Virus record (IMG/VR): IMGVR_UViG_2602041669_000008
DNA length: 31,073 nt
Strand: one strand, 5' to 3'
DNA from: a virus
Lineage: Duplodnaviria; Heunggongvirae; Uroviricota; Caudoviricetes
The translations under genes were made by a program, and so were the position numbers. This document shows, in pieces, positions 17,108-24,760 of the stretch; the first letter of the stretch is position 1; each line of letters starts with the position of its first letter. Under the pieces are notes generated by a model. The model saw only the letters and a program-made list of their open reading frames with translations. It did not search any database and was not told the origin of the DNA.

Positions 17108-17463
17108 TTCTTTTCACATTCCTTAGTCCATTTTTCAATGTTCATTTTGGCAATATCAGTCATTCCATCACCTAAGAAATACTTTCTCCGGTACGTCTTG
17201 CACTTAAACCACACTACAACAGCCACCAGCCAGAAAATAAAAGGCCATACAGCAATACCAACTCCAGCCGCGATAAAGCCCAATAGCCATAAATGAAGCT
17301 CTCCAACTTCTGTTTGCGGCAATATTCTTAAAGAATTAAGCAGCAGACTGAAGGAATAGTCGTATGCATTGGCGGTATAAGACATGCAATCCATATAATT
17401 AAAGTCATAGCCTGCGGCTGCCGCCCATAATGGGCGGTCAAGAAAATGTTTTAGTGTCATCAT
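17089..17463 (-). CDS. Putative membrane protein (124 aa; two hydrophobic segments, basic C-terminus)
   Basis: Track ORF; low-GC gene. Confidence 0.5.
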   Translation of the reverse strand: MMTLKHFLDRPLWAAAAGYDFNYMDCMSYTANAYDYSFSLLLNSLRILPQTEVGELHLWLLGFIAAGVGIAVWPFIFWLVAVVVWFKCKTYRRKYFLGDGMTDIAKMNIEKWTKECEKKWRKKK

Positions 17464-17469
17464 ATAAAT

Positions 17470-17763
17470 TTAAGGTTCAGACCAGTTATCTTCAATAGCA
17501 ATGCTTAATCTTTGTAGCCATTCTGCTAATTTCAGCATTGCTTCTCTTTCGCTTAAACCACGAGGAAAATCATCAAGCGAAATTGTTGGCTTGAAGCTCC
17601 CGTAATTATCTATTTCAACAGTCAGATTTTGCTCCAGCACGGTATTCCTTACGCGGCTATTGTGCCGAAGCAAATATACTGAACGTGATTTATTGGTTTT
17701 ATGGTCAAACTGATATTCGGTAAGTATCATCTGGCTTTTGCCATGACTATTACCTCTCCACAT
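17470..17763 (-). CDS. Hypothetical protein (97 aa)
   Basis: ATG 17761-17763 with GAGG 5 nt upstream, in frame with track ORF 17470-17859; low-GC. Confidence 0.5.
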   Translation of the reverse strand: MWRGNSHGKSQMILTEYQFDHKTNKSRSVYLLRHNSRVRNTVLEQNLTVEIDNYGSFKPTISLDDFPRGLSEREAMLKLAEWLQRLSIAIEDNWSEP

Positions 17764-17770
17764 ACTTACC

Positions 17771-17893
17771 TCACTTAATAAAACAACTCCATGCGTAGTT
17801 GATGATTTTTTCCCACGTAATATAAATCTGCACTCCGGCAGTAAAACCAAAGCCAACAATTGCTGAAAAAATCAAAACATTTACTTTTGACAT
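17771..17893 (-). CDS. Candidate small hydrophobic peptide (40 aa)
   Basis: MSKVNVLIFSAIVGFGFTAGVQIYITWEKIINYAWSCFIK; its stop lies 8 nt before the next ATG; weak purine-rich RBS. Confidence 0.3.
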   Translation of the reverse strand: MSKVNVLIFSAIVGFGFTAGVQIYITWEKIINYAWSCFIK

Positions 17894-17941
17894 TATAAAT
17901 TTTCTCTCGGTGTCGTAGGTGATAGCACCATAATTGATAAT

Positions 17942-18175
17942 TTAGTGAGTTAGCAGTTCCATTTTTTGGATGATTTCCGCATGAGCATCATCGTTATCAA
18001 CACTTAACTCGTTTAATGCCTCTCGCACTACATCAACTTCTTCTGGTTGGAAGAAGTCATCTCGGTAGTCACCAAATAGAACCGAAACAAGCCTGCCACC
18101 AGCAACATCAAGATTGGCGCTAACAGGTGGCTCTTTGCCATCCTCAAATTCGACTACAAAAGTTATTTTTCCCAT
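17942..18175 (-). CDS. Hypothetical acidic protein (77 aa)
   Basis: ATG 18173-18175 with GGTGGT 5 nt upstream, in frame with track ORF 17942-18193. Confidence 0.5.
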   Translation of the reverse strand: MGKITFVVEFEDGKEPPVSANLDVAGGRLVSVLFGDYRDDFFQPEEVDVVREALNELSVDNDDAHAEIIQKMELLTH

Positions 18176-18177
18176 CG

Positions 18178-18261
18178 TTACCACCAGCGACAAATTGAAT
18201 ACAAACCCAGTGCTGCCGCCATCACAATTCCTACCGTGGTGAATGCTTCAGGCCAGCTCAT
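18178..18261 (-). CDS. Candidate tiny hydrophobic peptide (27 aa)
   Basis: MSWPEAFTTVGIVMAAALGLYSICRWW; ATG overlaps the stop of the upstream DUF551-like gene (ATGA); its own stop is 2 nt before the next ATG. Confidence 0.25.
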   Translation of the reverse strand: MSWPEAFTTVGIVMAAALGLYSICRWW

Positions 18262-18800
18262 TGATTCACCTCCTGCGGCGGTTCTGGTAGCGGCATCCAG
18301 AACAAGGCGTTCCCTAACCACGATAAAGTGCCGTCGCTCAACTCCACGTATTCCCCTTGCACCTGGCCTGCCATATACTCGCCGTGCTTTGAATAAATTA
18401 AAATCCAATCATCTTGAGCGGGCATTCGCTCACTACAGCTTATCCAACTATCCGGAGTTACCGGAGAGTTGCCATTTACATCGAAGTTTGGCTCTGCGTC
18501 CTGAACCAGGAGGATGTAACCATTCTTGGCAGTATCAAGTTCTAACGCCTCGGTGACGGTGCCGAAATAGCGATTACCTAAATCAGCATCACAAGTGCTT
18601 ACATCAATGGAAACTTCCATGCCTTCGATTAATTCTGGCAAGTTGTAAGTTTGGCTTACAGGCTCTGCTTCCAGCGATGCCAGTGCAATTCGTGCCAGTT
18701 CTTCCGCTTCTTCTGCTGGCAGTACAACGTTGCTACCAGGTCCGTATGTTTCGCGCCACTGCTTGATTGTCAGCAGTCGCTCTTTGGTAATAGTGATCAT
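18258..18800 (-). CDS. DUF551-like phage protein (180 aa)
   Basis: Track ORF; C-terminal W...CSERMP...W...WMPLPEPP signature. Confidence 0.65.
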   Translation of the reverse strand: MITITKERLLTIKQWRETYGPGSNVVLPAEEAEELARIALASLEAEPVSQTYNLPELIEGMEVSIDVSTCDADLGNRYFGTVTEALELDTAKNGYILLVQDAEPNFDVNGNSPVTPDSWISCSERMPAQDDWILIYSKHGEYMAGQVQGEYVELSDGTLSWLGNALFWMPLPEPPQEVNQ

Positions 18801-19006
18801 TTGTTAATCCTCAAAACTTTATGCCCGGGCGCAAAAGCACGCGTTTTGTCTTTGCTTATTCGCCAGCCATCCTTGCGCGCCTCTTTTGCACAGCCAGCCC
18901 ATGACGTACCTATATACTCACCGAAGTCTGGCACTGGATATACACCTTCCGTACACTGGCGGCAGTCACAATAGAGATGCATTGTGTAACTTGCGGCAAT
19001 AGCCAT
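18797..19006 (-). CDS. Small Cys-rich protein (69 aa)
   Basis: ATG 19004-19006 with AAAGGAG 7 nt upstream, in frame with track ORF 18797-19078. Confidence 0.5.
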   Translation of the reverse strand: MAIAASYTMHLYCDCRQCTEGVYPVPDFGEYIGTSWAGCAKEARKDGWRISKDKTRAFAPGHKVLRINK

Positions 19007-19007
19007 A

Positions 19008-19196
19008 TCACTCTCCTTTAGTGCGCAAGTGGTTTTTCCAGCGGTTTTGCGCCGCGCTGGGCTTTTTGCAAAAACCACAATCCATCATCCCGTAATATTT
19101 CATCAACCCCATCCGTCGGTTGCTGAGTCTCACCCACTGCCAGACGCCAGGAGCGTTTCTACGAACTAACAGAATCTTTGCCTTACGGTTTTTCAT
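19008..19196 (-). CDS. Small basic protein (62 aa)
   Basis: Track ORF; AGGAG 9 nt upstream of the ATG; stop abuts the next start. Confidence 0.45.
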   Translation of the reverse strand: MKNRKAKILLVRRNAPGVWQWVRLSNRRMGLMKYYGMMDCGFCKKPSAAQNRWKNHLRTKGE

Positions 19197-19368
19197 CGCT
19201 TTGCTCTCCTGCGTCTCTTTGCTGCTCGTCGTGCCGCTGCAATACCGGTATGGCGGCGCTTTGGTGCCGGGATGATGTTGTCAGCCATCAGGACATACGG
19301 CTTTGCAATTAGCGCAGAAGCCCAAAAACGAGTCGGGTACGGTAACAAGCCAATACATGCCACACGCA

Positions 19369-19857
19369 CTACTCACCTCCGTTGATGCGAATGCCTGTTG
19401 CAATGCTGTTTATGATGCTGTCAGTGCATGGGGTAGAAAGCTGGGCATCTCCAGCAATTTTCATGACATCAACATCTGCATATCGAATACCGAGGTGTAT
19501 CAGACCGGCTATACCTGACTTAAGCCGAGCATTTTCCATAAACAGATCCTTTGCCCGCTGTTTTTCTGCCTCAAGCTCAACGCGCAGCTTCCCTACCGTT
19601 AGCGCAATTTCCTCGTTCTCCTGGTCGCGGGATTTGATGTATTGCTGGTTCCTTTCCCGTTCATCCAGTAGTGCCAGCACGGTTTCTGGTCCGGCCAGAA
19701 ATTTGAAGGCGTTGAGCGCATCAATATCCACACCGTAATCTTTAAGTTCCTGTTCACTTAACAAATCATCATCAGCTGGCAACATTAACAGGCGTTCCAT
19801 TGCTGGAATTGCACGTTCCGCCGCCTCACGCAGTGCCTGGTAATTAATTTCGCTCAC
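19369..19857 (-). CDS. Ead/Ea22-like protein (162 aa)
   Basis: N-terminus MSEINYQALREAAERA typical of the lambdoid Ea22-like family; start overlaps the upstream stop. Confidence 0.65.
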   Translation of the reverse strand: MSEINYQALREAAERAIPAMERLLMLPADDDLLSEQELKDYGVDIDALNAFKFLAGPETVLALLDERERNQQYIKSRDQENEEIALTVGKLRVELEAEKQRAKDLFMENARLKSGIAGLIHLGIRYADVDVMKIAGDAQLSTPCTDSIINSIATGIRINGGE

Positions 19858-20630
19858 TGGTTGCCTCCTTTGCGAAGCTGGGCAGCAAAGTCAACTAACC
19901 ACTCAGTCATTTCAACCTTCCCTACCAGATCTGAACCAGGGTGCATACAGCAATCACTCTGCGCCGCTTTGAAATCCTTATACTCATATTCTTGGGCCAC
20001 CAGATTTTTTGCAGCTTCTATAGCAGCATCCAATCCCTGCGCCCGCACTTCAGCCAGGCATTTGCGAAACTCGGAAACGTACTGTTCGACGCTCATTCCC
20101 CAGCTAAGTGGACATTCATTGAATGTTTCGCCTTCGTGCTCTTCATCAGGTAGCTCTTTGGTAAAGAACTCACGCTCAATGGCGTGGAGTGTGTCAGCAA
20201 AACGACGTAAGTTACTCAAACCTACCGTAATGGAGAATTCAGGAGCATCACATCCGACGCCCATCTGCTGATAAACGGCGGTTTTGAAGGCCTTAAGCCC
20301 CGCATTCTCCGCCACCAGCGCCGCGAGATTAGTCTCAAGCTCTGCAATTCGACACATAGCATCAATATTTGTGTCCTCCAGGCACTTAATTTCACCAAGC
20401 AGCTCCAGTGCAACCTTTGGGTTGAACGCGGCAACATGACGAGCGTTGTTCTCTGCATTTTTCTGTCCATCAAAGCCGGTCCATTTGATAACGTCTTCAC
20501 ATCGTTCATCACCGGGCGTGTGCACCGCATAAGTACCAGTATCCGTCGAAATAAATGCGACCCATTCGTCTGGTGTTGCCTTTTCTGCCGCCTCACGCAG
20601 TACCTGATAGTTAATTGTCATTCTCGCCAT
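19854..20630 (-). CDS. Ead/Ea22-like protein paralog (258 aa)
   Basis: N-terminus MARMTINYQVLREAAEKA, same family signature. Confidence 0.65.
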   Translation of the reverse strand: MARMTINYQVLREAAEKATPDEWVAFISTDTGTYAVHTPGDERCEDVIKWTGFDGQKNAENNARHVAAFNPKVALELLGEIKCLEDTNIDAMCRIAELETNLAALVAENAGLKAFKTAVYQQMGVGCDAPEFSITVGLSNLRRFADTLHAIEREFFTKELPDEEHEGETFNECPLSWGMSVEQYVSEFRKCLAEVRAQGLDAAIEAAKNLVAQEYEYKDFKAAQSDCCMHPGSDLVGKVEMTEWLVDFAAQLRKGGNQ

Positions 20631-21262
20631 CCTTCACAGTTGTAATCACTACAGCCTTCAAAATCATATGGGCTGTACTGCCAGGTTATTTTTCCGCAAT
20701 GCGGACAATTCCAACGCACCTTCCCGCTTCGCGACTTCTTTCTTCTGTTCTGCTCTTCCAACCAGTCAGGCATGACCAAACCTGCGCCCTGAACCATTGT
20801 TCTGCGGTTAAAGTTATTGATATTGAACGTCCGACGCTTTGCTGCATCAGCAATGGAAAATGGCAACCAAACTATTCCTGGTTCGTTTTTGTTGGCGACG
20901 CTAAAGATGGTCGCTTTACTGAAGTCATCTGTTGGCAATCCACCGTGTTGAAGCCAGTAAACATCGTTGCCGTTCCAGCTACCTTTTTTGTAGGCCACAT
21001 ACGCAGTGCAATCTGACTCAATCAGGCTTTCTGTAGGGATGTACTGGCAATCAACGTGCCACACAGCCATTGCATCCACACTATCGGCACAAACAGGCTG
21101 ATCGATATCTCGCCCACAATTCCAGGCTTTTTGGGCTTCTTCCAGCGTGTAAACATGAGCGCGATCGATATCAGAACTGTAACCATTGCCGTTATGGCAA
21201 TGGAATGAGGCGTTATTACCCACAGTTTCACGCAAGCACATCATGTAAAAACGGTTACTCAC
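20618..21262 (-). CDS. Hypothetical Cys-rich protein (214 aa)
   Basis: Track ORF; GTG start with GGGAGG 6 nt upstream. Confidence 0.55.
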   Translation of the reverse strand: MSNRFYMMCLRETVGNNASFHCHNGNGYSSDIDRAHVYTLEEAQKAWNCGRDIDQPVCADSVDAMAVWHVDCQYIPTESLIESDCTAYVAYKKGSWNGNDVYWLQHGGLPTDDFSKATIFSVANKNEPGIVWLPFSIADAAKRRTFNINNFNRRTMVQGAGLVMPDWLEEQNRRKKSRSGKVRWNCPHCGKITWQYSPYDFEGCSDYNCEGWRE

Positions 21263-21470
21263 TGGATGCCTCCCAGCAAATTTGTCTTATATAAGAACTG
21301 TTAACGCGCTTTACTTTCCCGTCGAACTCCAGTTTCTTTAGACGACGCAAAACGTATGCCGTTTTGAGTGTGCGATATTTATCCCTAAGCCAGTTGGTCA
21401 CGACGTAAGTCATACAGCGCCCGTGTTCTTCCAACACCCGAACTATTTCTTCGTCGGTTGGCTTGCTCAT
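21255..21470 (-). CDS. Small basic protein (71 aa)
   Basis: Track ORF in a tightly packed operon. Confidence 0.5.
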   Translation of the reverse strand: MSKPTDEEIVRVLEEHGRCMTYVVTNWLRDKYRTLKTAYVLRRLKKLEFDGKVKRVNSSYIRQICWEASSE

Positions 21471-21688
21471 TTTGTCGCTCCTTCAGCTTTCTCTACTTTC
21501 GCTGCCATGATTTCCAGCTTTTGTGCTGCCGATGCCGCTAACCTGTGAAATTCTTCATCTGTTTCAACTGGAATTGGTACAAACCTGACACCAATTTGAG
21601 CAAGGCTATGCGCCATTTCGAGACTTGCTCTTAACTCTGCTGGGGATGCTTTATTCAGGCCGACTTCCTCACAAATAACTGATTGCAT
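21467..21688 (-). CDS. Small hypothetical protein (73 aa)
   Basis: Track ORF; start overlaps the upstream stop. Confidence 0.5.
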   Translation of the reverse strand: MQSVICEEVGLNKASPAELRASLEMAHSLAQIGVRFVPIPVETDEEFHRLAASAAQKLEIMAAKVEKAEGATK

Positions 21689-21697
21689 ACGCTCGCC

Positions 21698-22423
21698 CTA
21701 CTGAATACGCTCAAACTCGATTACCCAAACCCAGGGATTAGCACTCCAGCTTTCTTCGCCGTAGATGGATTCCCACAGGCGCTGGAACGCAACCTTGGCC
21801 ATTGCGAAATCCCCCTTGGGAGTAAGGAATGTTCCCGGGTGATCAGGAAGCAAACTTCCAGCAGGCGGAACGCCCTCATCCCTTGCATCGCATTCGCTGA
21901 TATCGTTCAACCGCTCAACGCGCACGTTGGTAATTTCCAACAGGATGCGTGATGCCCATCGCGGCATGTGAATTGATGGACGCCACCCACCATCAAACTT
22001 TTCATTCACAGTGTGAGGTTTCCAGTCGGCATCATCGGGTATCGACCATAAACCGTAATCACCAGGCTTTTGCTCACAACTGGCCCGATAAATCCTTGCT
22101 GCGTTCTTCTCATCGCCACGACAAAGGTTGTCGTTCCAGTCCACACTGCAACCATCTTCATTGCCTAATATCGCCCATGTTTCACGAACCCAAATTCGAT
22201 CGCCGACGATACCAAAGGGGCAATTGAAAACACTGCTTACACCATCAGCCCCGTACCACTGAAAACCTGCACCAATTTCCCTAACCATCACTGGTGCTTC
22301 TGGACCAACTTCCGCAGGCTGATTTTTCATTATCCGCCGCGCCTGCGTTTTCCTTCCTTCGAGGATGGCTCGGACCATCTCATCGTTGAAAATCATGCCG
22401 CGCTCTTTCACTTCGCCTTTCAT
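21698..22423 (-). CDS. ASCH/PUA-like domain protein (241 aa)
   Basis: N-terminal motif FNDEMVRAILEGRKTQARR resembles the ASCH signature; AGGGGGA upstream of the ATG. Confidence 0.55.
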   Translation of the reverse strand: MKGEVKERGMIFNDEMVRAILEGRKTQARRIMKNQPAEVGPEAPVMVREIGAGFQWYGADGVSSVFNCPFGIVGDRIWVRETWAILGNEDGCSVDWNDNLCRGDEKNAARIYRASCEQKPGDYGLWSIPDDADWKPHTVNEKFDGGWRPSIHMPRWASRILLEITNVRVERLNDISECDARDEGVPPAGSLLPDHPGTFLTPKGDFAMAKVAFQRLWESIYGEESWSANPWVWVIEFERIQ

Positions 22424-22432
22424 GCATCCCCC

Positions 22433-22519
22433 TTACCCATGCGCGACGATGCCGCCAAAAGTGATAGAGAACAGCCAGAAATAGATCGAGGCCATAATGA
22501 TTTTGAATGCCGTGTTCAT
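22433..22519 (-). CDS. Candidate 28-aa hydrophobic peptide (type I toxin-like)
   Basis: MNTAFKIIMASIYFWLFSITFGGIVAHG; AGGAG 8 nt upstream of the ATG, preceded by CCAATCAATCA; stop is 9 nt before the next ATG. Confidence 0.3.
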   Translation of the reverse strand: MNTAFKIIMASIYFWLFSITFGGIVAHG

Positions 22520-22528
22520 ATTTTCAGC

Positions 22529-22578
22529 TCCTGTGATTGATTGGATACATGCCGCGCCTTACGGCATGTTTTTATTTT
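22529..22578 (+). ncRNA. Candidate antisense small RNA overlapping the RBS of the 28-aa peptide gene
   Basis: CATATT -10-like hexamer at 22517-22522; motif TGATTGATTGG at 22534-22544; stem CATGCCG/CGGCATG (22548-22568) followed by TTTTTATTTT; no plus-strand ORF. Confidence 0.3.
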
Positions 22579-22601
22579 CACTTTCTCTGTTTTAAAAATC
22601 A

Positions 22602-22618
22602 AGATTTATTAGAGCAAT
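22602..22618 (-). promoter_or_regulatory. C1 operator-like site (ATTGCTCTAATAAATCT, 16/17)
   Basis: Direct read; overlaps the stop codon of the HAD-like gene. Confidence 0.6.
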
Positions 22619-23124
22619 TATTGTTGATGGAGAAGCGCGTTTTCATACTCCCTGACCATTAACGTAAGTACGCCGTGACTCCTGAAAACACGCGCCACTT
22701 CAATCTTATCTTCCAGCGCGAACGCAATTTTACTTAGACCAATTTTCTTCAGGAGATCAATCTTTGCTGGACCGTCATTTCTGTCATCGGTGGCAGGACG
22801 CATAGATAGCAAAGGCTCCGCCCCATTTGTTACGTGCTTACGCAACCAGGCTCGTGTTTTATCCCTGGCTATCTCACAGCGCCCGGTTACAAACCAGAGG
22901 GTGTAAATGCCGGACAACTGGCGCACCATATCAATAACTGGAGTGATGGGAGCATCAGTGTCACAGGCAAGGTTAAACTCGTTCCAGTGCTCTGTTAATG
23001 CACCTTTGCCAGGTGGTGGAAGTAAATGCAGCCTGTCTTCCGTTGCCTCTGATATCGTCCCATCAATATCTACTATGACGATGTACGGACGTTCCTGGTG
23101 TGCGTGTTTATTGAAAATACTCAA
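22618..23124 (-). CDS. HAD-superfamily phosphatase-like protein (168 aa)
   Basis: Motif IVIVDIDGT (DxDGT); TTG start with GAGGAGG 4 nt upstream. Confidence 0.65.
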   Translation of the reverse strand: MSIFNKHAHQERPYIVIVDIDGTISEATEDRLHLLPPPGKGALTEHWNEFNLACDTDAPITPVIDMVRQLSGIYTLWFVTGRCEIARDKTRAWLRKHVTNGAEPLLSMRPATDDRNDGPAKIDLLKKIGLSKIAFALEDKIEVARVFRSHGVLTLMVREYENALLHQQ

Positions 23125-23143
23125 ATGCCCTCCTCATTGGACG

Positions 23144-23176
23144 AAAAAAATGCTGGTGGGAGCACTCCACCAGCAT
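23144..23176 (-). terminator. Intrinsic terminator on the minus strand between the 420-aa gene and the HAD-like gene
   Basis: 10-bp perfect stem ATGCTGGTGG/CCACCAGCAT followed by U7 on the minus strand, ending just before the HAD RBS. Confidence 0.55.
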
Positions 23177-23196
23177 TAAAAGTGACACTGTAACTA

Positions 23197-24459
23197 TCAG
23201 CGAACGTAAATAGTGCCGCCGTTCTCTTTTTCCCATGCATCGCTACGTGCATAGCAAACATCGAGAAGTCTTCTTGCCGCAGTTTCCTCTAAACCCAATT
23301 CGACAACCAACTGCTCATGACGGCGGGTAACCACATCAAACAGGGTATGCAGCCCTTTAGTTGCCAGATCATCAATGAATTCCGGTTCGAACGGCAGCTC
23401 TGCATCTGCCAACATAACCTCTTGCGCCCACTCAACTCGACGGACCAATTCCGGGCGACGGCTTTCCATCTCTTTACAGATCAATTCATGGAAGAACTCT
23501 ACCCAACCTTCCGGCTGGAACTCGCGGAAAATTGCCAACGGCTGGAAGTTTGGCATCAACCATTCGTTGATTCGGATATCAATGGCATAGCCCATGTCGC
23601 AGCAGAACTGATAAGCAAAGTCCAGCTTAGAAACGATATAAGGACGCTCGTTATTGAACTCTTTAGGCGATGAGATCCCATAAGCCAGGAGGCGCGGGAA
23701 GAAGGAGATTTGCCCTAACGTCGGATGAAGTTTGCTTGCAGGGAAACGGCGCTCAGTAATGCCATACATTTCCTTCTTGAGCGTCGCAAATTTGGCATTC
23801 TCATTAACCAGCGCGGTAACCTCTGCTTTTTTATTAGCAAATGCCACGCGCGCCTCGCTTGCATCTTTAATAGTTTTTTTGAGCTGTTGGTTAAGGTCGG
23901 CGACCTGCTTACGCAGTTCCTGTCGCTCGCTTTTAGCTTTGTTATAGCGTTTCTCAAGGTTAAAAGGATCAAGTTTCATGATCTCTTTATATTGAGATTT
24001 TAGCGTTGAAATCTGTGAGTTCCGCAGTTCAACCATCGCGGTCATTTCATTGAGTTTTGTTTCCAGCTCAATGCTTATACGTTCGGCATTATCAGCACGC
24101 TGGTTGGCGTCATGCGTCGCATCGTCGATCGCGTCCTGTTGCTGGCGTTTCAAATGTTCAATTTCCAGCTGAAGCTCTTCAATTTCTTTACCCTTCAGAC
24201 CGAGATCCAACTGCATATTTTCAGCTGCATCTACCAGGGAGTTATGGCTATCAGCTTCTGCGTTATAAACATCAATAAGCTGTGCGTGAAGCATCTCCGC
24301 TGACTGAACCGCATTATCAAAAAAACGTGCTGTGAGGTCATCACAACTAACGCGGCGTTGCGCGGCCCGGATGTTCTGGATAATGGCCGGGATACCGGCA
24401 TTCAGGACATCAGGGATACATACATTTTCGATTGATTGGTTTTGTGCTGAAGTGCTCAT
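23197..24459 (-). CDS. Hypothetical protein (420 aa; coiled-coil N-terminal half)
   Basis: Track ORF; CCAATCAATC lies within the first 10 codons. Confidence 0.65.
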   Translation of the reverse strand: MSTSAQNQSIENVCIPDVLNAGIPAIIQNIRAAQRRVSCDDLTARFFDNAVQSAEMLHAQLIDVYNAEADSHNSLVDAAENMQLDLGLKGKEIEELQLEIEHLKRQQQDAIDDATHDANQRADNAERISIELETKLNEMTAMVELRNSQISTLKSQYKEIMKLDPFNLEKRYNKAKSERQELRKQVADLNQQLKKTIKDASEARVAFANKKAEVTALVNENAKFATLKKEMYGITERRFPASKLHPTLGQISFFPRLLAYGISSPKEFNNERPYIVSKLDFAYQFCCDMGYAIDIRINEWLMPNFQPLAIFREFQPEGWVEFFHELICKEMESRRPELVRRVEWAQEVMLADAELPFEPEFIDDLATKGLHTLFDVVTRRHEQLVVELGLEETAARRLLDVCYARSDAWEKENGGTIYVR

Positions 24460-24460
24460 T

Positions 24461-24679
24461 TCAAAGTTCCGTATTAGCTTGTGCTTCGGTCATTTTTCCT
24501 AAGTATGAAGGAGGAAGGACTACGCAATTTGTATCCAGTCCCTCACCTATGGCAGCCTGTAAAATTCTGGCTAAGGTGAGTCTCTTGTTGCGATACCTGG
24601 TGATGACATGCCTGATACCGCCGGTCGGCGTAACAAAGGCGATCAGCCAGTAGTGATATTTCCGTCGGAATGGCCACAT
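24461..24679 (-). CDS. Small hypothetical protein (72 aa)
   Basis: Track ORF; AAGGTG 5 nt upstream of the ATG; a C1 operator overlaps its promoter region. Confidence 0.5.
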   Translation of the reverse strand: MWPFRRKYHYWLIAFVTPTGGIRHVITRYRNKRLTLARILQAAIGEGLDTNCVVLPPSYLGKMTEAQANTEL

Positions 24680-24693
24680 AGTGCACCTTGTAG

Positions 24694-24710
24694 ATTGCTC
24701 TAATAAAAAA
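24694..24710 (+). promoter_or_regulatory. C1 operator-like site (ATTGCTCTAATAAAAAA, 14/17)
   Basis: Direct read; in inverted orientation to the site at 24743-24759. Confidence 0.5.
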
Positions 24711-24734
24711 CGTGATGAGTGTACATCACGTTTT
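24705..24734. terminator. Bidirectional terminator-like hairpin between two C1 operators
   Basis: A-run, stem CGTGATG/CATCACG, then TTTT. Confidence 0.45.
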
Positions 24735-24742
24735 AAAAATAT

Positions 24743-24759
24743 GGAATTATTAGAGCAAT
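24743..24759 (-). promoter_or_regulatory. C1 operator-like site (ATTGCTCTAATAATTCC, 14/17)
   Basis: Direct read; immediately after the stop of the glycosyltransferase-like gene. Confidence 0.45.
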
Positions 24760-24760
24760 A

